This document shows, one piece after another, positions 44,932 through 54,641 of a stretch of DNA of 64,000 nt. The notes beneath the pieces are model-generated. The model ran no database searches. It was not told the origin of the DNA and saw nothing but the letters and a program-made list of their open reading frames with translations. Source of the stretch: an uncultured virus (IMG/VR IMGVR_UViG_3300025287_000001) (taxonomy: Duplodnaviria > Heunggongvirae > Uroviricota > Caudoviricetes); IMG/VR virus record IMGVR_UViG_3300025287_000001. The stretch is one strand, 5' to 3'. Positions within the stretch are counted from its first letter, which is position 1. Every line of letters begins with the position of its first letter. Made by a program: the position numbers and the translations under genes.

Positions 44932-45158
44932 AGAGTCCCTAACTTGAAAGGGTGAAAAGTTTCCCAATATGTATCAAACATGCTGGGGAATGGTGCTTCT
45001 TGGACTTCACAGGTAATTCTCAGCAGGTTCCTGAGTGTAGAGTTTGGCAATCCTGTCTTGAAGTATACTTCTGAAGTTTTTGGCTTAAAAATAGTTTCTC
45101 TTTGTCTATTTTTAAGCCCGATTATGGTGTTAGAGAAGTAATTATTGTGAGATATCAT
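44919..45158 (-). CDS. Array-family microprotein
   Basis: MISHNN...FHPF. Confidence 0.6.
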   Translation of the reverse strand: MISHNNYFSNTIIGLKNRQRETIFKPKTSEVYFKTGLPNSTLRNLLRITCEVQEAPFPSMFDTYWETFHPFKLGTLCLR

Positions 45159-45358
45159 ATCAGTCCTCTGTACACGACCAAGGGATAATTGTATATCAAT
45201 AGCACGGAAGATCCTACCTCAAAAACATGACTAAAATTCTGATAACGAACGGGCCATCGAGAGGTTTGTTTGATATTCGTATCGAAAAACTTTCTCGTTT
45301 TAATATAGTCATACTGCAAGACAGAATTAAACAATGCATTGCTGTTTGTTGTTATCAA
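45155..45358 (-). CDS. Array-family microprotein
   Basis: MITTNS...YPL...RGLI. Confidence 0.6.
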   Translation of the reverse strand: MITTNSNALFNSVLQYDYIKTRKFFDTNIKQTSRWPVRYQNFSHVFEVGSSVLLIYNYPLVVYRGLI

Positions 45359-45361
45359 AAC

Positions 45362-45895
45362 TCAACACTCTGGCTTATAGAATAAAACATACTGCTTGTC
45401 ATCATACATGCTGGTCAATTCCCCAATCTCGATGGTGCCGCTCGGGCATCGCTTGGACATAAACTTTTGCAGGGCAACAAGCTTTGTTTTCTCGTGCTTA
45501 TTTCGGGGCACTTTAAGCAAGTTTATGTTTGTTTTTGCAGCCATCTTCAGGCGGCCAACCATAATATCAATCTCGTGGCTGATATGTTTAGGTTCGTAAG
45601 AAAGACAATTCCATGAATCACTCTTCGGAGACGCCACGGCTTTGCTGTGGTAATTGCTGTCAATTATCTCTTTATGAGAAAGCGCCTCCTCAAGGAGCCT
45701 TCCTGTCTTGGTGGCAATCTCACCCAAGACCGTAAAGAATCCCTCCAAGACAGGAACAAAATCCTCGCTTCGAGGAGCGATAACTTTGGTGCCATCTTTC
45801 GATAACTGGAGTCTGCTTAGGATGACACCGAAGTTATTAATTGCGCGGTTATAATCAGATTGGAGTTGCCCAAATTCTTTTCTCAGGTCGTGCAT
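45362..45895 (-). CDS. Hypothetical protein
   Basis: 177 aa, AAGGA RBS. Confidence 0.7.
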   Translation of the reverse strand: MHDLRKEFGQLQSDYNRAINNFGVILSRLQLSKDGTKVIAPRSEDFVPVLEGFFTVLGEIATKTGRLLEEALSHKEIIDSNYHSKAVASPKSDSWNCLSYEPKHISHEIDIMVGRLKMAAKTNINLLKVPRNKHEKTKLVALQKFMSKRCPSGTIEIGELTSMYDDKQYVLFYKPEC

Positions 45896-45913
45896 ATCTT
45901 TTCCTTTTGTGTT

Positions 45914-46114
45914 TTATCGACAGTACGGGTTGAAAGCGTCAAACATTAGTCCGTATAGATTCAAGGCATAATAAATATTATCCCTTTCTGGACTGGTATA
46001 GCAAGCGCGAGAACATACACTAAACCGGCTGCTGGCTTTGATAAGACTTTTATACCGAAATAACGAATCTCCCTCCAGAGCCCTGTTTGTGGTTCGAGAT
46101 CTGCATCCTATCAT
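45914..46114 (-). CDS. Array-family microprotein
   Basis: MIGC...FDAFNPY. Confidence 0.55.
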   Translation of the reverse strand: MIGCRSRTTNRALEGDSLFRYKSLIKASSRFSVCSRACYTSPERDNIYYALNLYGLMFDAFNPYCR

Positions 46115-46308
46115 TTTATGCCCCTCGCCACTCTTAACGGATAGTAAACATCTACGAACAAATTGTACATATTGATAGACAAGTCAGCATAGAAATTGTG
46201 CCTAGTAGGCTGGATGTGTTGAAATTCGGCTCCGAATAAATCTCGCCTTCCGTAGGAACCCATGCAAAAAACATCTGCGTTGACAACAAAGCTATCAAGT
46301 ATTATCAT
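46111..46308 (-). CDS. Array-family microprotein
   Basis: MIILDS...LFVDVYYPL...RGIK. Confidence 0.6.
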   Translation of the reverse strand: MIILDSFVVNADVFCMGSYGRRDLFGAEFQHIQPTRHNFYADLSINMYNLFVDVYYPLRVARGIK

Positions 46309-46520
46309 CTCAAGCCCCTATAGGTGTTTAAAGGGTGATAGATATCAAAAAATAAATCAGCAACTTTGTTACCATTGATACGCTCAATAATATTATACCG
46401 ATAACATCTTAACATCCTGCTGTCAATCAAGTATAGTCCAATATATTTCCTGCGCTCTTCTCCATCACCGATGTGCTTAAATAACTGACAATATAAGCTA
46501 GAGTTATTCATTGTTATCAT
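46305..46520 (-). CDS. Array-family microprotein
   Basis: MITMNN...LFFDIYHPL...RGLR. Confidence 0.6.
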   Translation of the reverse strand: MITMNNSSLYCQLFKHIGDGEERRKYIGLYLIDSRMLRCYRYNIIERINGNKVADLFFDIYHPLNTYRGLR

Positions 46521-46791
46521 CATAAATCCTTTTTTGCATTTGGAATACAAGCGTCTCTATAACAGCATTTCTCATGCTGTTATAGATAGGAGGCTGTCCG
46601 TTCATGTACTTTAGGACAGTGCTTTTACCGACCTCAAGGAAGTAACCTAACTCTAGTGGCGTTGCTTCTGTTATTCTCATGTACTCTTTTATGAGATAAG
46701 CGAAGCTCTCGGCTCCGTAAAATCCCGCATCCGAATGTTTAAGCTTCTCGGAAATAGCCTTGAACGCTATATGTTCTTGTGCAGGTGTCAT
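46504..46791 (-). CDS. Helix-turn-helix protein
   Basis: TPLELGYFLEVGKSTVLKYMNG. Confidence 0.65.
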   Translation of the reverse strand: MTPAQEHIAFKAISEKLKHSDAGFYGAESFAYLIKEYMRITEATPLELGYFLEVGKSTVLKYMNGQPPIYNSMRNAVIETLVFQMQKRIYDDNNE

Positions 46792-46793
46792 AA

Positions 46794-48416
46794 CTAGACC
46801 TCAATTGGTTCAGTCTTGTGAGAGGTAACGCCGTAATGAAGGGTAGTGGAAATGCAGTCCTCTGTTGCGAACCTAACCCGAGCCAAGGCTTTAGGGTGAT
46901 CAATATTGCCAGAAGCGCAATTCGAATATTTATGAGCCAGGATGTTCATGAAGAGTTCCTTGATGAATATAAACGGCTCAATATCAAGAGCGATAATTAC
47001 ATCATCAGTCTCTCTATCATACAGGGCAAACGAAAGACTATTACCACTACTTATCCCGCGATGACCTCCGGTAATAACCTCTATCTTAACATCTTCTACC
47101 AGAAGACTAAGGCTAACAGTGCAGTTGTAGTGAAGTTTACACGGTGCCGTTGGGTGCGATTCCTCTTGCTTGTACCCAAATCCCTCATCCGAAAACCATT
47201 GATCACAATAGTCAATAAGTGCCTCGTGGGACGCCAAAAACGCTGGCGATTCTTCCCCTTCCCAAATGCAATCATCAGGAGCTACATTAATGCCGCCCCA
47301 AGAGAGTAGGGCATCTTTATGTGTTTCGTGAAAATCAAGCGACCTCCACTCATTAAAGAAATCCTCAATATTGCGTATCTCCGATGATGCCAAGATGTTA
47401 TAAAACATTTCGCCAAAACTTTCGGAGATAGAATCATCCCACTCCAAGTGGTGGTTTTGTCTGGTGTGGATGACAGTATCTGCACGCCTAGCCACTTGAT
47501 CCATATATTTCATCTTAAAGGATCTTCTATCTTTGATCTTCAGGCCAAGAGATTCTAGTTTATCAATCCCCTCGTCCGCCGTAGATAATAGATTGGGGTT
47601 AAGAGTGCGCTTGGAGAGCGTACTACGCCCGAGTTTCTTCTCAACCGCCAGGATATCTTCACCTGTTAGCTTTGCAGCAAGCTCGTCGTACCACTCGATT
47701 GTAGTCTCTTGGAGGTTTTTTAACTCCAAAAGAGAATCCTGATCCCTCAAGCTAAATCCACGAATGTTCAAAACCTCTAATGAACTATAATGGCTGATAG
47801 GCTCGCAAGGCAACTCATCTCTAGGGCCTGCAAAGGCAATGTCGAGATGCTTCAAGCTCAAACAATGTTTCGCCCTAAGAAACTTATCTATTGTGGCAGC
47901 ATCTACATTCGAGGTAGTAAGGGAAGACAGAGATGGATAAGATGTGGCCACCAGCCGCAAGCAATGTTCAATGCCGTCACACTGCTCTCCACCGTAGTCA
48001 TTGATTATGTATGCCGCCTTAACATTTGGGAAAGTTTTTTCGAGACACCCTTGTGTCACAAGATTTTCAAGCTCGTGTTCTGAGCCTTCTGGTTCCCGAT
48101 AAGACCACTCGAATTTAAGGCACGTTATATTCTCGTGCACTTCCTCGAAACCAAGGAACCTCTCCAAGTCATCCTTGTCTTTAATCACGATAGCGTTAGA
48201 AAGGAGGATAGCCTCTCTATCTTTTCCCATCTTGGACAAGAATTTGCAGTTCCTAGGGATATCTTCAGGCCACTTATTCAAGTGAGATTGAAGATACACC
48301 AACATCTCATCTGTAATCAGTTCTTTGTTTGCGAAAGCAATCTTCTTGCAGAGTGTTTGAAAGAGCTTCTCAGAGGGGGGATTCTGGAGGATGGACCTGA
48401 GATCACCAAAATTCAT
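46794..48416 (-). CDS. Protein with leucine-rich-repeat-like segment
   Basis: PSLSSLTTS, LSLKHLDIA, SSLEVLNIR, KNLQETTIE (LxxLxL pattern). Confidence 0.7.
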   Translation of the reverse strand: MNFGDLRSILQNPPSEKLFQTLCKKIAFANKELITDEMLVYLQSHLNKWPEDIPRNCKFLSKMGKDREAILLSNAIVIKDKDDLERFLGFEEVHENITCLKFEWSYREPEGSEHELENLVTQGCLEKTFPNVKAAYIINDYGGEQCDGIEHCLRLVATSYPSLSSLTTSNVDAATIDKFLRAKHCLSLKHLDIAFAGPRDELPCEPISHYSSLEVLNIRGFSLRDQDSLLELKNLQETTIEWYDELAAKLTGEDILAVEKKLGRSTLSKRTLNPNLLSTADEGIDKLESLGLKIKDRRSFKMKYMDQVARRADTVIHTRQNHHLEWDDSISESFGEMFYNILASSEIRNIEDFFNEWRSLDFHETHKDALLSWGGINVAPDDCIWEGEESPAFLASHEALIDYCDQWFSDEGFGYKQEESHPTAPCKLHYNCTVSLSLLVEDVKIEVITGGHRGISSGNSLSFALYDRETDDVIIALDIEPFIFIKELFMNILAHKYSNCASGNIDHPKALARVRFATEDCISTTLHYGVTSHKTEPIEV

Positions 48417-48419
48417 TGA

Positions 48420-48477
48420 CTGCGCCTATGTTTGAGATAAATTCGTTACCGGGCTCGGTTACAAACATAGGCGCAGC
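48420..48477. promoter_or_regulatory. Intergenic inverted repeat in the leader of the LRR-like gene
   Basis: CTGCGCCTATGTTTG ... CAAACATAGGCGCAG, 15-bp perfect arms. Confidence 0.6.
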
Positions 48478-48487
48478 TTGCAGGGGG

Positions 48488-48841
48488 TCAAGGCTTTTCT
48501 TTCTCGAAGACGGTGGCGAGCGCGGCGTCCCTGCGTCGCCTGTAGCGCCTCTCCAGGCCCTCTGACCTTATCAGGACCTCCCTTTCCTTGCGAAGGCGCT
48601 CTATGGCGCTCTCCTCGACCGGGAAGCACCATTTCTTTGGCATCCTAATGTTCTTGGCACCAGACTGGACCATGATATAATCAGGATCTTTATGTTCGCC
48701 TGCCACTCGCAAGACTTGCCCTTTCGTAAGTTGCCAGGAAATTGAAGAAGTACAGTGCTTCTTCAACTCTTCTTTTGTCTTGTGCCTGTAGGTTATCTGA
48801 ACCCACTCACCTACTCTGTAATTTGGTTTCCTATAACCCAA
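48488..48841 (-). CDS. Hypothetical basic protein
   Basis: 117 aa; YRVGEWVQI start suggests SH3/KOW-like fold. Confidence 0.6.
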   Translation of the reverse strand: MGYRKPNYRVGEWVQITYRHKTKEELKKHCTSSISWQLTKGQVLRVAGEHKDPDYIMVQSGAKNIRMPKKWCFPVEESAIERLRKEREVLIRSEGLERRYRRRRDAALATVFEKEKP

Positions 48842-49122
48842 TCTTCCTCCCCCAGCTCTTCTAGCTTTTCTTCATACAAACTCAGTATTGTATACTCTTC
48901 AGTGAGGTCTGTGAAAAGCTCTCTACAATCTTTAATCATCTTTTCTAGAATACTCTTTCTCTCTTCAACGGAACTCTCTGATAGTAGATCTTCTTGACCG
49001 CCTATGATGTTACTGACACAGATGTGGTAATCGTTATTGAAATCACTGAACATCTTTTCAATGTTTGACGAGTCGTACTCTTTTTTTCTTACTAAGGTAA
49101 TATCAGTTTTGTCGCTGTTCAC
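48811..49122 (-). CDS. Hypothetical acidic protein
   Basis: GTGA overlap with chaperonin stop. Confidence 0.65.
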   Translation of the reverse strand: MNSDKTDITLVRKKEYDSSNIEKMFSDFNNDYHICVSNIIGGQEDLLSESSVEERKSILEKMIKDCRELFTDLTEEYTILSLYEEKLEELGEEDWVIGNQITE

Positions 49123-50723
49123 TTGTCTTCCTTTGTGAAGTTTTCTAGAACCATGTAATTTGTGGAGATGAGAGTAGCCGCAGATGAGGTTGCGTTCATG
49201 ATAGCATTAACGAGAACCTTGGTCGGGTCTAAAATGCCCCTCTCCACAGAATCAACAACTTCGCCACTTACCATATCGAGGCCCTTGTTCCACTCGTCCA
49301 AGACTCCGGGCTGATACATTAACTTTTCTTCGAGACCACTGTTGGAGAGGATAACCTTCAATGGCTCTAAAAGAGAAGGAAGCACGACCTTATCAAGCAC
49401 CTTTACTTCATCAGGAGTTAAGTCATCCCTGTTGATCATTGAAGCAGCTTTGTAGAGAGAAGTACCGCCTCCTGGGGAGAACCCTTCTGCCGTTGCTGAC
49501 CTTACGGCCTCAAGAGCATCATCGGCCCTGTGTATCTTCTCTGTTACTTCTGCTGAGATTGCTCCTCCGATTTTGATTTTGACAACAGAGTCTGAGAGTC
49601 TGCCAATTCTTTTCGATAGAGTCTCAGCCTCTTTATCGTTCTCGGTCTCTGAAAGCTCTCCTTGAAGAAGCTTTTGATGCCTCTCCATAGTCTCTTCATC
49701 GTACTGACCTCCATAAAAAACTGTAAAGTTCTTTCTGCACTCGAAAGATTCCGACATACCTTGAATAGTCGCGAACTTTACAGGGCTATTGTTAAGCTTG
49801 GAGAATGTATTACCGATCTTATAATCCATAAACTTGGCTCCCGTAGAGACAGCAAGATCATTAAGTACCTTATCTCTTAGTTCTCCATACTCAGGGACCT
49901 TTACAGCGATACCTCTCATGTTGTTGACCTGAGCGTTATAAACAAGGGCAGCCAGCGCTTGATCTCTGATATCTGCACAAACAATAATGAAGGGCTTCGC
50001 TGCCTCTGTAGCATATGTTACGAGCCCCTCGATCTGGTCGATGGTAGAGATCTCTTCATTTGTCACGAAGATAAGAGGCTTTTCGTAATAAACTCTACCT
50101 CTCTCTGTATCTGTAACAAACTGGACCGAAGGATAGCCAGCATCAATCCTGTAACCATCAACAACTTCGTATTCAGTACGCTCGCAGCCTGAGCCATGAA
50201 TGGTGATTGCACCATGCAAGCCTGCTGCATCTACTGCATCAGCAATAAGCCCGCCAAGCTCTTCATCGTTGTTGGCAGATATTGTAGCAATTCTTTTGAT
50301 CTCCTCTCTTGTCGTAATAGGGGTAGACATCTTACGCAGGTTTTGAGTAACTTTGGAGGCGATACTATCCATGCTTCTCTGCACAGTGATAGACGGCATA
50401 CCAGAGGCCACCAAGCGAGAGCCGTTCCTGAATAATGCCTCTGCCACAACGGTTGTTGTTGTCGTGCCATCACCAGCCTTATCTCCCGTCGCCCTGCTGG
50501 ACTGCCTGATAATCTCTACTGCGCTATGCTCGATTGGGTCTTGAAGATTAAAGAACTGAACAACCGTGACGCCATCTTTCGTGGTATACGGCTGCTGTCC
50601 TTTTGTTTTGAGCAACACTGTTTGTCCATACGGCCCAAGAGTAGAGCCAACGCACTTTGATAGTTTAGAGGCACCTTCTAGTAGTTTCTTTCTGAGGGTC
50701 TCTTCGCTTTCATACGTTTTCAT
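49119..50723 (-). CDS. groEL: Chaperonin GroEL-like protein
   Basis: TLGPYG, TKDGVTV, AGDGTTT, ATISANND, PGGG, GILDPTKV. Confidence 0.95.
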   Translation of the reverse strand: MKTYESEETLRKKLLEGASKLSKCVGSTLGPYGQTVLLKTKGQQPYTTKDGVTVVQFFNLQDPIEHSAVEIIRQSSRATGDKAGDGTTTTTVVAEALFRNGSRLVASGMPSITVQRSMDSIASKVTQNLRKMSTPITTREEIKRIATISANNDEELGGLIADAVDAAGLHGAITIHGSGCERTEYEVVDGYRIDAGYPSVQFVTDTERGRVYYEKPLIFVTNEEISTIDQIEGLVTYATEAAKPFIIVCADIRDQALAALVYNAQVNNMRGIAVKVPEYGELRDKVLNDLAVSTGAKFMDYKIGNTFSKLNNSPVKFATIQGMSESFECRKNFTVFYGGQYDEETMERHQKLLQGELSETENDKEAETLSKRIGRLSDSVVKIKIGGAISAEVTEKIHRADDALEAVRSATAEGFSPGGGTSLYKAASMINRDDLTPDEVKVLDKVVLPSLLEPLKVILSNSGLEEKLMYQPGVLDEWNKGLDMVSGEVVDSVERGILDPTKVLVNAIMNATSSAATLISTNYMVLENFTKEDK

Positions 50724-53341
50724 TCTTCACCTTTTTCGCAATTGGTTGTGTATTTTGATACTGCCTCTCCATAGTTCTTGGCAGCATCATTAGCTAGTTT
50801 TACGTCCAGGGGGTCGAGTGTACCAGAGAACTTATAGAATGTTCTCTTAACGCCATCAAAAGCGGTGTTAATCTCGCTAAGAACATCAAGCGTTCCGGTC
50901 ATAGCCTCATTTGTATTAAAAACGTTATCCAGAATAGTTTCGAGGGCATCATGACCAGTTACCAAACTCCCGAGATAAGCCTCCCCGGATTTTGTCGTCA
51001 ATAGGCCACCCTCGCCCCCTAGTCTCTTATCAATACTGTCACTAGAGTCCTTCGACTCTTTGTTGATCAGGAGTATCTTACGGCCCCGGAGTCCCCTTGT
51101 CAACTCCTCAGATTGACTTTCTCCCGCATTCTGTTCAGCCCAGGAAATGAACTCCTCAGAAGAGTCGAAATACTGCCTCTTGGAATCCTCATTCTTTATG
51201 GATAAGATATCTCTGATAGAATCTTTTGTGAGTGATATTCTATAGAAATCAATCTTGAATACCGCATCTCCGTTTGTATCCTTGAGGCCAATGATATACT
51301 CTACCTCTTCAGATACAAAATCACTGGGCTTTCCCCTGAGCGATGATGTGGCTATATCCTTTCTGAAGCCCTTATCTATAAGCCTCCCAAGGCTGTTTGT
51401 AGGATCTTCTACATCAACATCTCTAGTGATTCCTGTATTCCTATATCCAACATATAATTCATCATCAAACTTTACGCCTTTCTTGCCATAGTTTGTCAAG
51501 CCAGTATCATAGAGAAGGGGGCCTCTATATTTTGAATAAGTCATCTCGCTGCCGTTGAATGCGAGGAAGGTCTTCTGCACCCTTTTCGCTAGAGATTTAT
51601 CTTTAACTTTCTTCACTAAAGAAGTGATATTACTTCTATACTTACTAAAATCTCCTTTGTAGGCCTGTTTCTCCAGGGCAATTATAAATGATTTTACAAA
51701 GGCCTCTATTTCTCTTGTTTGGTCCATAAGAAGATCCAGAGCAATCTTCTCAGCCTCGCCTTCTTCCAAGTCTGGCTTTTTTGCTTTTATTTCCTTTCCT
51801 GTTCTGGAGAGCCACGGCCAGAGGCCCTCTTGCTCTATAGCCATGAGAGATTTTAACTCCGGGGAGAAGATTGAGTTTCTTAACACGCTATTCAAGTCGA
51901 GATCGCCATAATCTCCCAAGAGGCCAGCATCAGAACACTCTCTTGTCACGTATCCTAGCAATGAAGCAAGTGTTTTGAAGTCAGGAGCTATACTTGTATC
52001 TTTTACCACGCTTCCCTTGCCCTTATACTCAGGAAAGTAAAGTGAGTATTTCTGACTATTGTCCTTAAGTTTGCTGATAGTAGCAACAAGTTTTATCGGC
52101 ATCCACCACAAGTGGGATACCTTGTCGTTTAACGAGGCTATCCTGGCCTGCTTATCTTCGACCTTGCTCACGAGCTTTTCGAGGTACTCGACTTCCTTTT
52201 CAGATAACGGGCCGCCACCAGCAAGGGCAAAGAGGTCATCAGTTATATCGCCAGTGCTTCCCATCTCTCCGCCAGAGACCTTACCCTCATCAGGGATAAC
52301 AGAGCGCTCTAGAGTCTCTTGATGTTTCTCGAAGAAAGAAATGAGACTTTTTTCAAGAGTCTTGACCTTCTCTGCTTCTTTTTTCCTTATAGCAGAAGAC
52401 TTTTCAGTGTTGGCGATAATAGACTCGCCTGCTTTCTTGATATTACTCATTAAAGTCTCGAAAGCATCATAATCATTGCCTCTTCCGCCAAGACCATCAA
52501 AGAACTTAATAGCTTCCTTATAAGAGTCTATAACCGCATCAGAATAAACCTCTGGCCTTTTCTGCATCGCCGCCACAGCGAGTTTACAATAACTTAACAG
52601 AGCAAGCCTATCCTCTTCTGGAATGACCATCTCTTTCCTGGCTCTTGCTTCCGCCGGGTTTGGCATCTCCAGCGTTCTCTCTTCATTCAGGGGCTCTAGC
52701 TTAGATTTGCCACCCCCAACATAGGAGCCTATGTTGACGATCTTACCTTTATTATCTCTTGAGAACAATTCTATCTTGTTAGAATCTTTAACCCTCTCTG
52801 CAACGATAAGCCCGAGGTCCAGGCCCAAGGACATTGTGTTACCTTCAAGCTTTGCTTCTTCTGAAGGAGTCAGGAGCTTTAAGGATATCTTCTTGGTGTC
52901 TGTCCTGACATCAATGATGGTGCCTGCCTCGTCAGATGCTTCAATCATCTGCCCGCCGGTAATAGCAGCGAACAGAGCCTCGAAGCCAAGACCAGCAATT
53001 TTGTTGTCCATGTCTGTGAGTGACTTTATCAGTATCATGAAGTTAATATATTGAATCCCGAACCTTGCCTGTTTCAAGCATCCAAAGTCTTCATCAAGCT
53101 CCCCTAGTTTATCGAGGACACCGCCACCAGGGCTCATAGAGTAAGGATCTGAGCCTGCTTGCATAAAGAGCCTGGAGAGGTCGCACAACCTCCTGATAGA
53201 TTCAGCCGGATCTTCACTATTTCCTACCAAATCCTTGACCAATATTCTCAACCTTGCCTCATCGCCCAAATTGGCAACAGCTTGGTCGATATCTGAAGAT
53301 GTTATGCTTATGTTCTTGAAGATATCTTGATAATCTGACAA
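50720..53341 (-). CDS. Large hypothetical protein with N-terminal restriction-endonuclease-like motif
   Basis: 873 aa; AGLGFEALFAAITGG...IIDV...ISLK. Confidence 0.75.
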   Translation of the reverse strand: MSDYQDIFKNISITSSDIDQAVANLGDEARLRILVKDLVGNSEDPAESIRRLCDLSRLFMQAGSDPYSMSPGGGVLDKLGELDEDFGCLKQARFGIQYINFMILIKSLTDMDNKIAGLGFEALFAAITGGQMIEASDEAGTIIDVRTDTKKISLKLLTPSEEAKLEGNTMSLGLDLGLIVAERVKDSNKIELFSRDNKGKIVNIGSYVGGGKSKLEPLNEERTLEMPNPAEARARKEMVIPEEDRLALLSYCKLAVAAMQKRPEVYSDAVIDSYKEAIKFFDGLGGRGNDYDAFETLMSNIKKAGESIIANTEKSSAIRKKEAEKVKTLEKSLISFFEKHQETLERSVIPDEGKVSGGEMGSTGDITDDLFALAGGGPLSEKEVEYLEKLVSKVEDKQARIASLNDKVSHLWWMPIKLVATISKLKDNSQKYSLYFPEYKGKGSVVKDTSIAPDFKTLASLLGYVTRECSDAGLLGDYGDLDLNSVLRNSIFSPELKSLMAIEQEGLWPWLSRTGKEIKAKKPDLEEGEAEKIALDLLMDQTREIEAFVKSFIIALEKQAYKGDFSKYRSNITSLVKKVKDKSLAKRVQKTFLAFNGSEMTYSKYRGPLLYDTGLTNYGKKGVKFDDELYVGYRNTGITRDVDVEDPTNSLGRLIDKGFRKDIATSSLRGKPSDFVSEEVEYIIGLKDTNGDAVFKIDFYRISLTKDSIRDILSIKNEDSKRQYFDSSEEFISWAEQNAGESQSEELTRGLRGRKILLINKESKDSSDSIDKRLGGEGGLLTTKSGEAYLGSLVTGHDALETILDNVFNTNEAMTGTLDVLSEINTAFDGVKRTFYKFSGTLDPLDVKLANDAAKNYGEAVSKYTTNCEKGEE

Positions 53342-53342
53342 T

Positions 53343-54641
53343 TTATTCTTCCTCTTGCTCTAAGGTTTGCGCATTTTCTATAATCTGCCTCGCGAGGTTG
53401 CTAGTAGCTTCCTTGGCATTCTTTGTGGCAGACGATGTGCCGCACGATGGAGCGTACTCTTTGCTGATGGAACCTTTGTTGCGCAAAAATTCATCCAAGA
53501 CTTCCACAATTGACATCGCGTTTTCCACAATGCATACAGCGTTTATGTAATTTGCCTGCCTTTCTTTCTCGGCAAGCTCAATCATCCTCTCCACAGGGGG
53601 AATAATGATTTCCTCCTCGAAAGACTTCACCTTGCCATTCTTCGAGCCAAAGAACACGTTCTCGGAGTGCCTGAATTGTGTATTGCTCGCATCTAGGAAT
53701 ATTATACTTCGTCTTCTCTGTGTTGTTTTGACAAAAGCGTAATATTCTTTACCTTTCTCTAACTTGGAGTAACCATTGTATATTTGGCCACTCTTGGCGA
53801 AGAACTCTAGAAAGTTCTTCAGGGAGAAGGTTCTTGATTTATAAAAGAGCCTGTCCCCCTCTTCGCCGCTATCCTTAAGAAGACCAACATAAGTTAAGTA
53901 CTTGCCGATGATCTGACTTTCATCGTCAGCATCTGCTTTCCTAACCGTAAGATTCTTGAGGAGTCCTCTTCTATCAAGAACATTATCGTCGCCCTCTTCA
54001 AAGTTATCAGACTCAAGCAATCTGAATGACTCTTTAAGACCGCTAGACTTGAGGATAAAGCCGGGTTCACCTTTCACGGGGTTGTATGTAACCCTGACAG
54101 GATTAATCCCAAAGAACCTTAGTAACTGAGCCTTGGAACCTTTAACCTCCGAGCCCTTCTTCACAGTCTTGAGACTGTAATAGTGCCCTCCTAGCTTGAA
54201 GTCAACAATTGTGTTGTTGCCGCCTAGCTTCTCGCCCCCAAAGTAATAAGAGAAGAACTTCTCCGCAAAGAAGCCTGCGCTAGACGGTGAAAAGCTATTG
54301 TTGATCTCGGACAAGATAAAAAGAGTACTTAACTTATCGAACGTAGGTATTGAATCATCTTCACTTATGCTCTTTGAGAAGTTGGCAAGGTTGGCGAAGA
54401 CTTGAGCTACTTCTTCTGGGCTGTTATTGTTGGCGAATACTGAAGCGAAAGAGGAATTGGAGCCTATGGTTCCATCGAATGTATTATCGTCTAGCTTCGA
54501 TGGAACCAGAAGTTTCCTTATCGCCTTCTTATCAAATGATGGCTTATCTGGCTTACTGCTCTTCTCCCTGGCTTCGGGTATGGTGCCTTCTAACAATGGC
54601 CTGTTATACCGCTCTAGAAACTCTTTCATGTTTTTCTTCAA
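53343..54641 (-). CDS. Hypothetical protein with restriction-endonuclease-like motif, related to neighbour
   Basis: AGFFAEKFFSYYFGG...IVDF...YSLK. Confidence 0.75.
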   Translation of the reverse strand: MKKNMKEFLERYNRPLLEGTIPEAREKSSKPDKPSFDKKAIRKLLVPSKLDDNTFDGTIGSNSSFASVFANNNSPEEVAQVFANLANFSKSISEDDSIPTFDKLSTLFILSEINNSFSPSSAGFFAEKFFSYYFGGEKLGGNNTIVDFKLGGHYYSLKTVKKGSEVKGSKAQLLRFFGINPVRVTYNPVKGEPGFILKSSGLKESFRLLESDNFEEGDDNVLDRRGLLKNLTVRKADADDESQIIGKYLTYVGLLKDSGEEGDRLFYKSRTFSLKNFLEFFAKSGQIYNGYSKLEKGKEYYAFVKTTQRRRSIIFLDASNTQFRHSENVFFGSKNGKVKSFEEEIIIPPVERMIELAEKERQANYINAVCIVENAMSIVEVLDEFLRNKGSISKEYAPSCGTSSATKNAKEATSNLARQIIENAQTLEQEEE

